NCBI GenBank assembly: GCA_041396725.1
Contig: JAWKYA010000002.1
Span: 52,650-116,649 of the forward strand
DNA: 64,000 nucleotides
Reading direction: 5' to 3'
DNA from: Alphaproteobacteria bacterium
GTDB taxonomy: Bacteria > Pseudomonadota > Alphaproteobacteria > JAWKYA01
The notes beneath the pieces were generated by a model. That model saw nothing but the letters and a program-made list of their open reading frames with translations. It had not been told where the DNA came from and did not search any database. Each line of letters begins with the position of its first letter. The stretch's first letter is position 1. This document shows, one piece after another, positions 10,478 to 21,360 of this stretch. The translations under genes were made by a program, and so were the position numbers.

Positions 10478-11263
10478 CTATGAGTTCCGGCGTATGGGCT
10501 CATGCCAACGATGCAAAACTAACCATGTGAGTCCCGAAAATCCTGCGTAGATCGCAATACCTGTCGCTGCCAATAGAAATAAAGCCGCGAACATACGTGG
10601 TATTTCTAATCGATAACCCGCCTCGATAAGACGCCAAGCAAGGCCAGACCCTACGCCAGCAGATCCTGCGACAAACTCTGCCGCAACGGCACCAATCAAA
10701 GCAAGGCCACCTGCGATTCGTAATCCTGTCATAATATGAGGCAAGGCTGTAGGAAACTGAAGCCACCACAATACTTGCCATCGCGATGCCTTATAAAGGC
10801 GAAACAAATCCATATGACTAGGATCGACACTTACTAAGCCTTGTGCCGTATTCGCAAGAATTGGGAAAAAAGCGATAATAGCGGCACAAATGATTAACGC
10901 CCATTCCGTGTTTGGCAGATAAATCAATAATAATGGTGCAATGGCAATAATGGGCGTTACCTGCAAAACAACTGCCAGAGGTAGCAAGGCACGTTCAATC
11001 CAAATCGACTGAACGAATAAAATCGCTAAGGATATAGCGCCAAGAGTTGCAATGCTTAAGGCGATAAAACAAATCCGCAAAGTCACAAGAAGTGCGTGAT
11101 AGAGAGAGCCACCATCTTGGATAAGGCTCGCAAAAATATCGCTTGGAGCAGGTAAAACATAGGGCGGGATCTTAGTGCTACGCACCAACCCCTCCCACGC
11201 TAACAGAGCTACTATTACCATTAATGTTGAGGGGAGAATCTTCTGCGATACCAAAAATTTCAT
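10478..11263 (-). CDS. ABC transporter permease (NitT/TauT-type, binding-protein-dependent)
   Basis: 261-aa polytopic membrane protein with a permease EAA-like region. It is co-oriented with the ATPase and substrate-binding genes, and stop/start codons overlap. Confidence 0.85.
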   Translation of the reverse strand: MKFLVSQKILPSTLMVIVALLAWEGLVRSTKIPPYVLPAPSDIFASLIQDGGSLYHALLVTLRICFIALSIATLGAISLAILFVQSIWIERALLPLAVVLQVTPIIAIAPLLLIYLPNTEWALIICAAIIAFFPILANTAQGLVSVDPSHMDLFRLYKASRWQVLWWLQFPTALPHIMTGLRIAGGLALIGAVAAEFVAGSAGVGSGLAWRLIEAGYRLEIPRMFAALFLLAATGIAIYAGFSGLTWLVLHRWHEPIRRNS

Positions 11264-12042
11264 GACTCTTTCCCTCTTAACCTCTGATCCTCCTCTTCTG
11301 CTTTTGATGTAAGGATTTTCATTACCAAATTACAGGCTTGCACATAATCCACACTTGCTCGAAATGCAAAAGACCGTGGTTGCAGTGTCTCTATATTGAC
11401 TTCACCAAGGATGCGTCCTGGCCGGGGGCTCATCACTACGACGCGATGCGCTAAGTATACAGCCTCGTAAATTGAGTGCGTCACAAATACCGCCGAAAAT
11501 TTGCGCTGCTGCCACAAACTTATCAGTTGTTCATCAAGTTGAAACCGACCAATTTCGTCGATAGCAGCGAAAGGTTCATCTAAAAGTAGTAATTGAGGAT
11601 TGGTAACTAGACTGCGCGCCAAGGCAACGCGCATTTTCATGCCACCCGAAAGCTGGCGAGGGTAAGCACGTGCAAAATCTTCCAGGCCGATCAAAGCTAA
11701 AGCTTGATCGACGGAAAGGGTTGCATGCGATGGATCGGATCCTAAGCGAAGAGGTAAGGTAATATTTTCTTCTACCGTCGCCCACGGCAATAGAGTTGGA
11801 TCTTGAAAAATATAACCGATGCCTGCACCATCATCTTGGTATCCAAGCCTTATATTCCCTGTAGTTGGCGTCTCTAATCCCGCGATTAACCGCAGAAGCG
11901 TGCTCTTGCCGCAACCCGATGGCCCGACGACAGCTACAATTTCTCCCACGTTAAGAGAAAATGTAAGCGCTGAGAGAGCCGTTACACCCGAGGTATAGGT
12001 TTTTCCAACCTGATCTACCCTAACCAGTGCCGTGCCTGTCAC
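11260..12042 (-). CDS. ABC transporter ATP-binding protein
   Basis: Walker A GPSGCGKST, signature LSGGMKMRVALAR, Walker B LLLLDEP. Confidence 0.9.
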   Translation of the reverse strand: MTGTALVRVDQVGKTYTSGVTALSALTFSLNVGEIVAVVGPSGCGKSTLLRLIAGLETPTTGNIRLGYQDDGAGIGYIFQDPTLLPWATVEENITLPLRLGSDPSHATLSVDQALALIGLEDFARAYPRQLSGGMKMRVALARSLVTNPQLLLLDEPFAAIDEIGRFQLDEQLISLWQQRKFSAVFVTHSIYEAVYLAHRVVVMSPRPGRILGEVNIETLQPRSFAFRASVDYVQACNLVMKILTSKAEEEDQRLRGKES

Positions 12043-13058
12043 GGATGCCGTAACTCCTTGCCAACACCCTTATTGACGAATTGCAGAGTATACGCCTGAC
12101 GATAATCAAGATCAGGTGAGAAAACCTGAGCCTGCACCATCTTCTCAAAGAAACTTTTGACCCGAGCATCGGTCATGGCGCCGATTCCTAGCGAAAGCGC
12201 GTCGCCGCTATCAACAATACCATAGGCCTTCATCCCTGCTAAGGCTGCGGCCAATCGCGCATCCGTCATTTCTGGATTATCTTTTTTGATTAACTCATTA
12301 GCAGCACGATGATCACCATAGAGATAATTATACCAACCGATAATACTGGCATCGACGAATCGCTGAACCATATCTGGATGTTTTTCAATCGTATCAATGC
12401 GCGCCTCAATTGTTGTCGAGTATGTATCAAAGCCATAATCAGCTAGAAGAAAAACCTTAGGTTTAAAGCCACCCGTACGTTCGATCTCATAGGGATCAGA
12501 GGTTACATAACCTTGCATTCCTATTTTTTTGTCAGCCAGAAACGGTGCCGCATTAAAAGTATAAGGTCGTACCCGTTCTTCGCTAAAATCATAGGCCGCC
12601 ACCATCCATCGATAGAACGTAGCTAACCCACCTTTACCGATAAGAAGATCGATGGATTTTAAATCCTCAAATTTTTCGATACCAACATCAGGATGCGCTA
12701 ATATCGCTTGCGGCTCTTTCTGAAAAATTGCAGCGATGACTTTGGTTGGTATTTTTTGCTGAACTGCAAAAAAAGACGGAATGAGATTCCCACCCATGTA
12801 AAAATCCAATTTGCCCGTCGCCAACAGAAGCCGGTCGTTGCGTTGAGGTCCACCTGGTTCGATAACAACCTCCAGACCATATTTGCGATAGGTTCCATCG
12901 GCAACAGCCTGATAATAACCCCCGTGTTCAGCTTGCGCTTTCCAGTTCGTACCGAACACCACACGGTCGGCCGCCATGGTGGGCGATGAGTATGAGTAAA
13001 CGCCTAAGAATCCAAAAACGATCGATACTATAAAACGCATGAAGAGCTTCATCGTCAT
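12039..13058 (-). CDS. ABC transporter substrate-binding protein, NMT1/THI5 (ThiY-like) family
   Basis: Signal peptide plus NMT1-like fold (VVFGTNWKAQAEHGGYYQA...). The substrate is not determinable from sequence. Confidence 0.75.
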   Translation of the reverse strand: MTMKLFMRFIVSIVFGFLGVYSYSSPTMAADRVVFGTNWKAQAEHGGYYQAVADGTYRKYGLEVVIEPGGPQRNDRLLLATGKLDFYMGGNLIPSFFAVQQKIPTKVIAAIFQKEPQAILAHPDVGIEKFEDLKSIDLLIGKGGLATFYRWMVAAYDFSEERVRPYTFNAAPFLADKKIGMQGYVTSDPYEIERTGGFKPKVFLLADYGFDTYSTTIEARIDTIEKHPDMVQRFVDASIIGWYNYLYGDHRAANELIKKDNPEMTDARLAAALAGMKAYGIVDSGDALSLGIGAMTDARVKSFFEKMVQAQVFSPDLDYRQAYTLQFVNKGVGKELRHP

Positions 13059-13332
13059 AACCTTTTCATCGCGATAGCAGGAATAGCGATACCTGAATAC
13101 CTCTAGCTATCCGGTGCCATGAATACCTCTTGAATAAGACGTGATGTTTGATAACACAACCACTCATCCATCGACCTACATCGACATAGCATATTCCCAA
13201 TTCAAGATACCCCGTTATAGAGGGTTCATCTAAGGCCGTATAGGCCCAGATTCCTTCGAGAATGAGATTGTAAGAACCCGAACTACCAGATAGGATCGCG
13301 CCCGCACAGCAAAGGCATGCAGCGAGGAATTC

Positions 13333-13857
13333 ATGAATCTAAAAGATTACATTCGATCGGTACCTGATTTTCCAAAACCAGGCATTTTATTTTATGACAT
13401 CTCAACCTTGCTTGCACACCCCAAGGCTTGGCAGACAACGGTCCAATGCTTACGTGATCAAATCGCTCCCTACAAACCCGACCTCTTGCTTGGAATTGAA
13501 TCGCGTGGATTTTTAACGACCGCCCCTCTGGCTCTAGAATTGGGGATTGGTTTTGCTATGATTCGTAAAAGAGGGAAATTACCTGGTGCCACTATTCGCT
13601 ATACATATGATCTTGAATATGGCCAGGACACGATTGAAATTCAGGCCGACGCTGTCCAACCCGGACAGCGTGTAGTTGTATTGGACGATCTCCTGGCGAC
13701 AGGCGGCACTCTCGAAGCGGCTATCGTCCTCTTGCAGAAAATTGGCGCCAATGTCGCAGCGGCGGCTTGTATTATCGAGCTTTCTTTCCTTGGCGGCCGC
13801 CAGCGACTCGAAAAGACCGGCATCCCCTTTACTTCGCTAATTTCCTACGACAGTTAG
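13333..13857 (+). CDS. apt: adenine phosphoribosyltransferase
   Basis: Contains [21 protein letters not shown] and the PRPP-binding motif [13 protein letters not shown]. Confidence 0.9.
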   Translation: MNLKDYIRSVPDFPKPGILFYDISTLLAHPKAWQTTVQCLRDQIAPYKPDLLLGIESRGFLTTAPLALELGIGFAMIRKRGKLPGATIRYTYDLEYGQDTIEIQADAVQPGQRVVVLDDLLATGGTLEAAIVLLQKIGANVAAAACIIELSFLGGRQRLEKTGIPFTSLISYDS

Positions 13858-13951
13858 GTGTTTCTATTTTATCTTATGTGAACTGCTTGACCTTAGCTAA
13901 AGGGACGCGCGATCATGTGCGACTGCGCTATGCGCTATAGGAGATAGGTTT

Positions 13952-14578
13952 ATGAATCGTCGTCAGTTCGCTGTGTCCGTTTTTCTTGTTACTGGGGCCT
14001 TGGTGGGGAGTTTTCCAGCCCTTGCCGCCGCTGCCAATGAGCAAGAGGCGAAAACCTTTATGATCAATATGGGTCAGCGCACGCAAGAGGCCCTTACCAA
14101 ACCAGGGCTCACGGACGAACAACGTATTTCTATGCTGGGTGGCATATTGGACAAGGCGCTGGATATTGAAGGCCTAGGCAAATTCACCTTAGGACCGTTT
14201 CTCCGCCAGTCTAATGCGGATAGGGTTGCGGAATTCCTGAGTTGGTTTCACAAATATGTTGTAATGTTTTACCCAAAGCTGATGCTGAAACTTTCTTTCG
14301 TTGGTTTCGAAGTCAGAGATGCACGCTCAACCTCAGATCAAGATATCTTGATTGGGGCATTGCTAAAGCGGCGCGAAGGCGGTGAGGTACAAGCCGATTG
14401 GCAGTTGCGTATGATTAATGGGACTTACCAAATCGTTGACGTCAAGGTTGAGGGCCACTCCTTACGCGCCTTTACTCGAGCAAAGTTTGAGCGTGTCCTG
14501 CGTGAAAAATGGATCGACGGCTTGATCCTTGTCCTCAAGGACTGGGTGATGAGTGGCACTGAAAAGCCTGTGTTTTAA
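13952..14578 (+). CDS. mlaC: MlaC/Ttg2D-family periplasmic lipid-binding protein (Tat/Sec signal)
   Basis: N-terminal RRQFA twin-arginine-like signal, about 200 aa, and the overall pattern of toluene-tolerance Ttg2D/MlaC proteins. The call rests on family resemblance only. Confidence 0.6.
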   Translation: MNRRQFAVSVFLVTGALVGSFPALAAAANEQEAKTFMINMGQRTQEALTKPGLTDEQRISMLGGILDKALDIEGLGKFTLGPFLRQSNADRVAEFLSWFHKYVVMFYPKLMLKLSFVGFEVRDARSTSDQDILIGALLKRREGGEVQADWQLRMINGTYQIVDVKVEGHSLRAFTRAKFERVLREKWIDGLILVLKDWVMSGTEKPVF

Positions 14579-14939
14579 CGGTACGAAATTGTCTTGGCAT
14601 TCCTCCATTTTTAAATGGATATCAATCGCTTCACAGACATTGGGGTTTGTTGTTCTTTGTTCCTGTTTAAGTAGTTGCCTAAGTTTCGGCAGCGAGCGCG
14701 CCGTCAGCAATTGGACACGCGCGAATACCGATGTTGATACGATGAAACGAGATGTCCTTGATTGCCAAAGCTTTGCTCGCCAACAGACAAAGGCTCAAGA
14801 AGGGGTTGATAGCGATATAGCTGGGGGGCTAACTGGCCGAACCACACAACAAAGCGCGAATGCTCATATATCTGAGAATAGGCGAGTCAATCTAACCAAC
14901 GCTTGCATGCGATCTCGTGGCTACATTAAAGCAAGATGA
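14553..14939 (+). CDS. hypothetical protein, possible lipoprotein (LSSC lipobox-like)
   Basis: ORF with a hydrophobic stretch FVVLCSCLSSCLS followed by a polar domain. The true start is uncertain; a TTG near 14592 is possible. Confidence 0.3.
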   Translation: MALKSLCFNGTKLSWHSSIFKWISIASQTLGFVVLCSCLSSCLSFGSERAVSNWTRANTDVDTMKRDVLDCQSFARQQTKAQEGVDSDIAGGLTGRTTQQSANAHISENRRVNLTNACMRSRGYIKAR

Positions 14940-14949
14940 CCCTTGCTTA

Positions 14950-15276
14950 CTAATGAACGCGCAAAGGAATGAAGGGCGCTTGAATTAAGATCTTGTTTTC
15001 CATGTGCATAATCCGGAGTGTTTGCTGTGCCGAGAAAGCCTTCCATTCAGGATCGGCCAGCAATTTTGCGCGCTTCTCCGCTCGCTCATTTAAAGAAGTA
15101 TAACCCCATAAATGGACAACTTGATTTAACTCTCCAATATCCATACTCGTAAAATAACCCAATGGTGCACCAAGATATTTGCTTTGCAGCGGGTAACCTA
15201 CATCCTCATACAATTTCATATAGGATACTATGGTGCCTGGAAAAAGCGTATAGGTACGGTGGTCGACGATCATCAA
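14950..15276 (-). CDS. NIPSNAP family protein
   Basis: 108-aa protein matching the NIPSNAP domain pattern (MIVDHRTYTL.PG....Y..LYE..G....SKYLG.PLGYF....GELNQVVHLWGY.SL.ER). Confidence 0.65.
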   Translation of the reverse strand: MMIVDHRTYTLFPGTIVSYMKLYEDVGYPLQSKYLGAPLGYFTSMDIGELNQVVHLWGYTSLNERAEKRAKLLADPEWKAFSAQQTLRIMHMENKILIQAPFIPLRVH

Positions 15277-15287
15277 AATCTCCTCTG

Positions 15288-16457
15288 TTAATTTGGTTTA
15301 ACCTGAAGATGCCGTATTCGTGTGATGAGTTCATTTATACACGGAACAGCTACAGCAACCGCTGCTAAACTAAACAACAAAGCGGAACTCCCCCACTGAT
15401 CCATAGCAGCGCCCACAATTGGCGGTCCGATAGTGCCACCGATCTGATAGGCCATAACAAAGACAACATTAGCACTTGCAAGCTCCGTTGCAGGAAATCG
15501 TCGACCGAGACTTGTTAAACCCAAGGTGTAGAAACCATAAACAACGCCACCCCAAAAAACGATGCTGGGCCATAACAATACCGTTCCTGCAAAGTATGGG
15601 ATAACAGCTGCGCTGATCGCAGCACTTAAAGTAAGTATGATAGTTAGGCGGCGTTCGGATACATGATCGATCAACCACCCCAATGGGGGTTGCAAAATAA
15701 TACTGCCTACTGAAAAGGCCGATACGAAAAACAAGGTTCCTGTTTTGGTCAGACCGATATCTACCGTAAACAAGGGTACTAACCCGAAGATCGCAGCCTC
15801 GGTCGACCCACTTACTGCAGCTAAACCCAGAGCTATAGGTGCCCGTTTAAGCAAAGATCCAACGCCTTGAGCAGGAGTCATCGCCATAACAGGGGCTTTT
15901 TCGCGAATAAATAACAGAGCCATGGTGGTTAAGAATCCAACGATGGCTGGAACAACGAAAGGGAGAATGCCATCAATGCCCAAGAGATTTACAAGCTGAG
16001 GCCCTATAGCAAAGCCACTCGCTAAAGAAACGGAATACCAAGCGACTATACGTCCTCGACCCTTTTCCGGCGCCAGGGCATTCAGCCATGCTTCAGCAAC
16101 AACCCAAAGAGCCGTCACCCCCATGCCAATAGCAAATCTTAAGATAAACCAGGCAACAAGCGATGAATAGAAACCCATGAGGGCAGCACTGGCCCCAGCT
16201 ACAGCCATACCACCAACGGCAAGGGTTGCTGGATTGACCCACCTCAGCAAAACGGGAACAAGTGGCCCAGTTAAGATCGTTGCTAAGGGAAAAACAGCTG
16301 TATTGAGACCAATCAACCATGGAGCTATCCCCGCTTGCTCCAACCGGAGTGCAAGCACGGATATCAGAACCGCATGAGCTAAACTAACAGGAAAAACCGT
16401 TGCAATCAGGACCAATGGTGCGTTTAGCGATGGATTACGGTCGTATAGTCTAGGCAA
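15288..16457 (-). CDS. MFS transporter
   Basis: Twelve predicted TM helices. The start is reassigned to the TTG at 16455-16457, which sits 3 nt downstream of a GGAGAGGAGGAA Shine-Dalgarno sequence. The longer ORF reaching 16649 has a non-membrane N-terminus and overlaps aroQ. Confidence 0.8.
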   Translation of the reverse strand: MPRLYDRNPSLNAPLVLIATVFPVSLAHAVLISVLALRLEQAGIAPWLIGLNTAVFPLATILTGPLVPVLLRWVNPATLAVGGMAVAGASAALMGFYSSLVAWFILRFAIGMGVTALWVVAEAWLNALAPEKGRGRIVAWYSVSLASGFAIGPQLVNLLGIDGILPFVVPAIVGFLTTMALLFIREKAPVMAMTPAQGVGSLLKRAPIALGLAAVSGSTEAAIFGLVPLFTVDIGLTKTGTLFFVSAFSVGSIILQPPLGWLIDHVSERRLTIILTLSAAISAAVIPYFAGTVLLWPSIVFWGGVVYGFYTLGLTSLGRRFPATELASANVVFVMAYQIGGTIGPPIVGAAMDQWGSSALLFSLAAVAVAVPCINELITRIRHLQVKPN

Positions 16458-16590
16458 AAATTCCTCCTCTCCTCTTCCCAAGATTATCGCCCACTTAAAT
16501 TTAAGGCAAATGATTGCACGTGCGTTGCCAAGTAAGGGCCGCACCGCTATAAGCGGCAAGCTTCCTATATCGAACAAGAAGGATAGCTGC

Positions 16591-17040
16591 TTGTCTAAGC
16601 CGCGCAGGTTACTTTTGTTGAATGGCCCCAATTTGAATATGTTGGGCACACGCGAGCCATCGCTTTATGGCGCCCTAACCCTGGAGCAAATTGTAGAACA
16701 GGCGCAAACGCGCGCGGTATACTATGGTTATACTTTGGATGCCTACCAATCTAATATCGAGGGAGAGCTTGTGGAGCAGATCCAGAAAGCTCCTCAAGTC
16801 TATCAGGGAATTGCTATTAATGGCGGCGCTTATAGCCACACCTCCATCGCCATTGCGGATGCTCTTCGTTTAGCTGGGCTCCCTTGTGTTGAAGTCCATC
16901 TCACCAATATTTATCGCCGAGAACAATACCGTCATCATTCACATATTGCCGAAGTGGCCACAGGGACACTTTGTGGTTTAGGTGCTATGGGTTACACGCT
17001 TGCAATTGACGCCTTGGCGCAATTAATCGAAAACTCATAA
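16591..17040 (+). CDS. aroQ: 3-dehydroquinate dehydratase, type II
   Basis: Contains [21 protein letters not shown]...[16 protein letters not shown]...[12 protein letters not shown]. The start is placed at a TTG preceded by AAGGA; the longer ORF begins at 16510. Confidence 0.9.
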   Translation: MSKPRRLLLLNGPNLNMLGTREPSLYGALTLEQIVEQAQTRAVYYGYTLDAYQSNIEGELVEQIQKAPQVYQGIAINGGAYSHTSIAIADALRLAGLPCVEVHLTNIYRREQYRHHSHIAEVATGTLCGLGAMGYTLAIDALAQLIENS

Positions 17041-17041
17041 T

Positions 17042-17533
17042 ATGGCACGTCGATCAATGTCTTCAGAGACTGGAAAGGGATCCATGCCTAGTTTTTCTGT
17101 TGATGAAACGCTTATTCGCCGGTTAGCGACTCTTCTTAAAGAAACCGGCTTATCGGAAATTGAACTGGGCGATGGTGAGAAACGGATTCGCATTGCACGC
17201 ACCGTCACGGGCACTGTCATAGCGCCCGTAGCGTCTGATACAATTGCAACCACCAATGCAGCGTCACAACTTTCAGGAAAAATCGGCGCTGTCGATACTG
17301 CGAATGCAGTGACTTCGCCTATGGTTGGAACGGCCTATTTGTCACCGCAGCCAGGTGTAGCCGCCTTTATAAAAGTAGGCGATATCGTCCGGGAAGGTCA
17401 GACCCTTTTGATTGTTGAGGCCATGAAGGTCATGAATCCCATTGTTGCACCGCGCGCAGGAAGAGTCAGTCGAATTCTGATCGAGGACAAGCAGCCTGTC
17501 GAGTATGGTGAGCCTCTCGTTGTAATCGAATAA
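17042..17533 (+). CDS. accB: acetyl-CoA carboxylase biotin carboxyl carrier protein
   Basis: C-terminal biotinyl domain with the EAMKVMN motif and an Ala/Pro-rich linker. Confidence 0.9.
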   Translation: MARRSMSSETGKGSMPSFSVDETLIRRLATLLKETGLSEIELGDGEKRIRIARTVTGTVIAPVASDTIATTNAASQLSGKIGAVDTANAVTSPMVGTAYLSPQPGVAAFIKVGDIVREGQTLLIVEAMKVMNPIVAPRAGRVSRILIEDKQPVEYGEPLVVIE

Positions 17534-17550
17534 TAAGCCTGGACGGCCAA

Positions 17551-18909
17551 ATGTTTGAAAAGGTTCTCATCGCTAATCGAGGGGAGATTGCCCTACGCAT
17601 CGAGCGCGCTTGCCGCGAGATGGGCATTCAAACCGTTGCTGTGCATTCGACTGCAGATGCCGAAGCGATGCATGTGCGGCTTGCTGATGAAAGCGTTTGT
17701 ATTGGTCCACCACGACCTGCGGATAGTTATCTGAACATTCCTGCGCTCATAACTGCCGCTACAGTCACTAAGTGCGATGCTGTTCATCCGGGAGTTGGTT
17801 TTTTAGCTGAGAATCCTCGGTTTGCGGAGATTATCCAAGATCATGGAATGACTTTTATTGGCCCATCACCCGAGCATATCCGCATGATGGGCGATAAGAT
17901 CACCGCACGCGAGATCGCTAAAAAGATTGGTTTACCCCTTGTACCAGGCTCTACAGGGCGTATCGAAAGCATCGAAAACGCCATAACCACCGCCGAGAAC
18001 TTGGGCTTTCCTGTGTTGTTTAAAGCTGCAGCAGGGGGTGGCGGGCGCGGCATGAAAGTTGCATCTCGACGTGAGGAGATTGCAGAAGCTTACACCTTGG
18101 CGCGAAATGAAGCCGAGGCTGCTTTTGGTGATGGCCGACTTTACATCGAACGATATCTCGCTCAACCCCGGCACATCGAGTTACAAGTTCTTGGCGATCG
18201 CCATGGCAAGGTTGTTCACTTCGGTGAACGCGATTGTTCATTGCAACGGCGACATCAAAAGGTTATGGAGGAGGCACCCTCACCAGCATTAAACGCCAAG
18301 ACTCGAGAGAAGCTGGGCCGCACCGTGGTAACCGCCCTGCAGGATCTTGGGTATCACTCTGCAGGCACGGTCGAGTTTCTTTATGAAAATGGTGAATTTT
18401 ATTTCATAGAAATGAATACCCGACTCCAGGTCGAACATCCTGTTACGGAAATGATCTGTGGTATAGATTTGGTACGTGAACAGATTCGTGTAGCTGCAGG
18501 GGCACCGCTCGGATTCGATCAGAAAGATATCGTCTTCGACGGTCATGCTATTGAATGCCGAGTCAATGCCGAGAATGCAGAAACCTTTCAGCCTTCTCCT
18601 GGCAAGGTAACGGAATATCATGCCCCTGGTGGTCTAGGTGTGCGCGTCGATTCAGCGCTCTATTCTGGGTATACGATCCCCCCCTATTACGACAGTCTCA
18701 TCGCTAAATTGGTTGTTCATGGCCGGTCACGTAACGAATGTTTAATGCGATTACGCCGCGCACTCTCAGAGTATGTTGTTGGTGGGATCGAAACTACCAT
18801 TCCTCTACATCAAAAATTGATTGGCACTAAAGCAATTATCGATGGTGAGTATTCCATTCATTGGCTTGAAGAATTTATGGCTCAGGAGGCAAAGAGGCCG
18901 AAGGAATAA
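17551..18909 (+). CDS. accC: acetyl-CoA carboxylase biotin carboxylase subunit
   Basis: 452-aa ATP-grasp enzyme ([17 protein letters not shown]...GGGGRGM...[14 protein letters not shown]). It lies directly downstream of accB. Confidence 0.95.
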   Translation: MFEKVLIANRGEIALRIERACREMGIQTVAVHSTADAEAMHVRLADESVCIGPPRPADSYLNIPALITAATVTKCDAVHPGVGFLAENPRFAEIIQDHGMTFIGPSPEHIRMMGDKITAREIAKKIGLPLVPGSTGRIESIENAITTAENLGFPVLFKAAAGGGGRGMKVASRREEIAEAYTLARNEAEAAFGDGRLYIERYLAQPRHIELQVLGDRHGKVVHFGERDCSLQRRHQKVMEEAPSPALNAKTREKLGRTVVTALQDLGYHSAGTVEFLYENGEFYFIEMNTRLQVEHPVTEMICGIDLVREQIRVAAGAPLGFDQKDIVFDGHAIECRVNAENAETFQPSPGKVTEYHAPGGLGVRVDSALYSGYTIPPYYDSLIAKLVVHGRSRNECLMRLRRALSEYVVGGIETTIPLHQKLIGTKAIIDGEYSIHWLEEFMAQEAKRPKE

Positions 18910-19577
18910 TGGATAAAATAACGCCCGAGATTGTTTTGCGGGCCTATTCAATTGGCCTTTTTCCGATGGCAGAAGATCGGGAGGATCCTTTGTTATTTTG
19001 GGTTGACCCGCAACAGCGCGGGATTCTACCCCTCGATCAATTTCACATCTCGAGATCACTTCATAAAACTTTGCGCCAAGAATACTTCGAGGTCCGTTGC
19101 GATACCTCATTTCATGAAGTTATTACTGCATGCGCCGATCCTACACCTACACGGCAACAGACCTGGATTAACGATGAAATTCGTAATCTTTATCAAGACC
19201 TCTTCTATCAAGGCTATTGCCATAGCATCGAGACATGGTGCGGTGATCATCTTGTTGGCGGTCTCTATGGCCTCGCCTTAGGTGGTGCTTTTTTTGGCGA
19301 AAGTATGTTCTCGCGCCAGTCGAACGCTAGCAAAGTCGCTCTTTGTCATTTGGTTGCTCGGCTACGAGCTGGCGGTTTTTGTTTGTTGGATACGCAGTTT
19401 TTAAATGAGCATCTCCGCCATTTCGGCGCTATAGAAATTCCCCGCCAAAACTACAAAGCAAGACTAGCCCAAGCCTTGACTGTTCCAGCCCAGTTCCCTG
19501 TAACGCTCGATAACCCTTTGAGCTATCTCATTAATAAGCAATTTACTAATGGGACTATATCCCATTATTTAGATTAA
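18909..19577 (+). CDS. aat: leucyl/phenylalanyl-tRNA--protein transferase
   Basis: Contains [20 protein letters not shown]...[20 protein letters not shown]...GESMFS, the Aat family signature. Its start overlaps the accC stop (TAATG). Confidence 0.9.
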   Translation: MDKITPEIVLRAYSIGLFPMAEDREDPLLFWVDPQQRGILPLDQFHISRSLHKTLRQEYFEVRCDTSFHEVITACADPTPTRQQTWINDEIRNLYQDLFYQGYCHSIETWCGDHLVGGLYGLALGGAFFGESMFSRQSNASKVALCHLVARLRAGGFCLLDTQFLNEHLRHFGAIEIPRQNYKARLAQALTVPAQFPVTLDNPLSYLINKQFTNGTISHYLD

Positions 19578-19715
19578 TAATCCTATCGATAAACAACTAT
19601 TAGTAGTTTACACTGAACAGTGGACTTAGGGCGTTGTCAAAAAACTATGCCAAGGCTGGAGCTATGTTAACCTTTACCCACGATTCCTTTTGAGAATCTT
19701 TTGAGGCCAATGCTG

Positions 19716-20441
19716 ATGCGTGTACTGCTTGTTGAAGATGATCCTACAATGGCAAAAAGCATCGAGATGATGCTTCGGCCACATGGTTATGTTGTCGATG
19801 TTAGTGAATATGGTGAGGATGGGTTAGAGATTGGTAAACTTTACGATTACGATATTATTTTGCTTGATCTCATGCTTCCCGATATTACGGGATATGAAGT
19901 TTTAAGACGGTTACGAAACGGTAAAATTCGTACCCCTATTCTTATTTTATCTGGCCTTAGCAGTCTCGACGATAAGATTAAGGGACTTGGGTTTGGTGCC
20001 GATGATTATTTAACCAAGCCCTTCGACAAGCGTGAGCTGATCGCACGGATCCAGGCCATAGTGAGACGCGCAAAAGGACACCCAAGCTCAGAGATTCATA
20101 CAGGAAAAATGATTGTTAATCTGGATAGCCGTTCCGTCACGATCGATGGAAAAACAATCCGGCTGACTGGCAAAGAATATGCCATTCTCGAACTTTTATG
20201 TTTACGTAAGGGCGCAACCCTCAGCAAAGAGATGTTCTTAAACCATTTGTATGATGGCATGGATGAGCCCACGATGAAGATCATCGACGTCTTTGTCTGC
20301 AAGCTGCGTAAAAAATTGAGCATCGCTAGTGGTGGCCAGAATTATATTGAAACCGTATGGGGCCGCGGCTACATGCTCCGCGATCCTGACGCAGCTGCAC
20401 GGGCGCAACCTAAGAAAATGCTCTCCCCCGCACCTGGTTAA
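19716..20441 (+). CDS. ctrA: cell-cycle response regulator CtrA (OmpR family)
   Basis: MRVLLVEDD...[28 protein letters not shown]...LILSG...[14 protein letters not shown] matches CtrA very closely. The start is placed at the internal MRVLL. Confidence 0.9.
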   Translation: MRVLLVEDDPTMAKSIEMMLRPHGYVVDVSEYGEDGLEIGKLYDYDIILLDLMLPDITGYEVLRRLRNGKIRTPILILSGLSSLDDKIKGLGFGADDYLTKPFDKRELIARIQAIVRRAKGHPSSEIHTGKMIVNLDSRSVTIDGKTIRLTGKEYAILELLCLRKGATLSKEMFLNHLYDGMDEPTMKIIDVFVCKLRKKLSIASGGQNYIETVWGRGYMLRDPDAAARAQPKKMLSPAPG

Positions 20442-21064
20442 GCGAAGTGCACAGTAAACTTGATAGCGTTCTTAATCGCGAACTCTGCCTGAACTTGCAC
20501 GTTTAATCGCTGCGCTAGCCGGCCAGTATAGATGGCCTGAGCGGTTAAAGCTTCTAAGTTAACTTTCGAAAATTCACCTTTTAAAGCCGCCTCGACATGG
20601 GTTGGCAAACGCACATTCTTACCCGTTGCCTGAAGCCACGGGTTCGTATTCTTAACGTTCACCTCGATTATACCGCCACCTGGTAAGCATTCGATAGCAA
20701 CGGCAACAAGATTCAGCAGAAGCTTTCCAAAACCATGATGTTCAAAAGGTTTATCGGCATGCAATCCCTCGTCCTTAAATGCGATTTTCCCTTTAGGACA
20801 AATTGCAGTCGCTAAATTACGAACCACACTGGCTGTACTTAATCCTCGATATCCTGCCGCACCATATGCCATCCGGTAAAAAAGCAATCTCTGACTAGCA
20901 AGAGCGCTACTCTCGGCTAATAACGCGAAGGCTTCCCCTTTTTCATCGCCAAGTTCTTGGATCAATTCGATCCCATTGTTAGCGGCGCCAATAGGTCCAA
21001 CAAGCTCGTGACAAAGGCGTGAACACAAATACTCGGCAAGTCGTGCATCAAGATCTTGGTCCAT
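20438..21064 (-). CDS. chpT: histidine phosphotransferase ChpT
   Basis: The [21 protein letters not shown] helix bearing the phospho-accepting His is characteristic of ChpT. The gene is convergent with and adjacent to ctrA, as in many alphaproteobacteria. Confidence 0.8.
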   Translation of the reverse strand: MDQDLDARLAEYLCSRLCHELVGPIGAANNGIELIQELGDEKGEAFALLAESSALASQRLLFYRMAYGAAGYRGLSTASVVRNLATAICPKGKIAFKDEGLHADKPFEHHGFGKLLLNLVAVAIECLPGGGIIEVNVKNTNPWLQATGKNVRLPTHVEAALKGEFSKVNLEALTAQAIYTGRLAQRLNVQVQAEFAIKNAIKFTVHFA

Positions 21065-21168
21065 TCCCTTACCCTTGTAAAATCAGAGTTTCAAAACTTG
21101 AAGGAAAGAATTTTTACTTGTTTTATAATTCCAGGAGATTGGCAAAAAGCGTAAGGACATTTGCTGAA

Positions 21169-21360
21169 ATGACATCTGATCTTATACCCGGAAGCTACGT
21201 TCGTCATCCCGACAAACCTGAGTGGGGATTAGGTCAAGTGCAATCTGCGGTAGGATCGCGCGTTACCATAACCTTCCAACATAGCGGCAAACATTTGATC
21301 GATATACGCAGCGTGAGTTTGATCCTTCTAAGTGAGGATGATGTCCGCCAAGGCCTATAA
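21169..21360 (+). CDS. DUF3553 domain protein
   Basis: MTSDLIPGSYVRHPDKPEWGLGQVQSAVGSRVTITFQHSGK matches the short DUF3553 family that is typically found beside chpT. The start is reassigned from the 113-aa ORF that begins at 21019. Confidence 0.65.
   Translation: MTSDLIPGSYVRHPDKPEWGLGQVQSAVGSRVTITFQHSGKHLIDIRSVSLILLSEDDVRQGL

Noticed and set aside
13059-13332. TPP riboswitch upstream of the NMT1/ThiY-like ABC operon
   Set aside because: I looked on the minus strand for the conserved CUGAGA and the ...ACCUGAUCUGGAUAAUGCCAGCGUAGGGA core and found neither. The region looks like an ordinary divergent promoter region shared with apt.
15288-16649. 453-aa version of the MFS transporter
   Set aside because: The N-terminal 64 aa are non-membrane and overlap aroQ. 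A TTG start with a strong RBS gives a canonical 12-TM protein.
17593-18621. Minus-strand ORFs of 64-110 aa overlapping accC
   Set aside because: They are antisense to a highly conserved biotin carboxylase gene and are spurious.
19640-19715. Full CtrA box (TTAA-N7-TTAA) in the ctrA promoter
   Set aside because: Only a TTAACC half-site is present, with no correctly spaced second TTAA.
19701-19715. N-terminal MRPML extension of CtrA
   Set aside because: CtrA orthologs begin MRVLL(I/V)EDD, so the extension is probably not translated.
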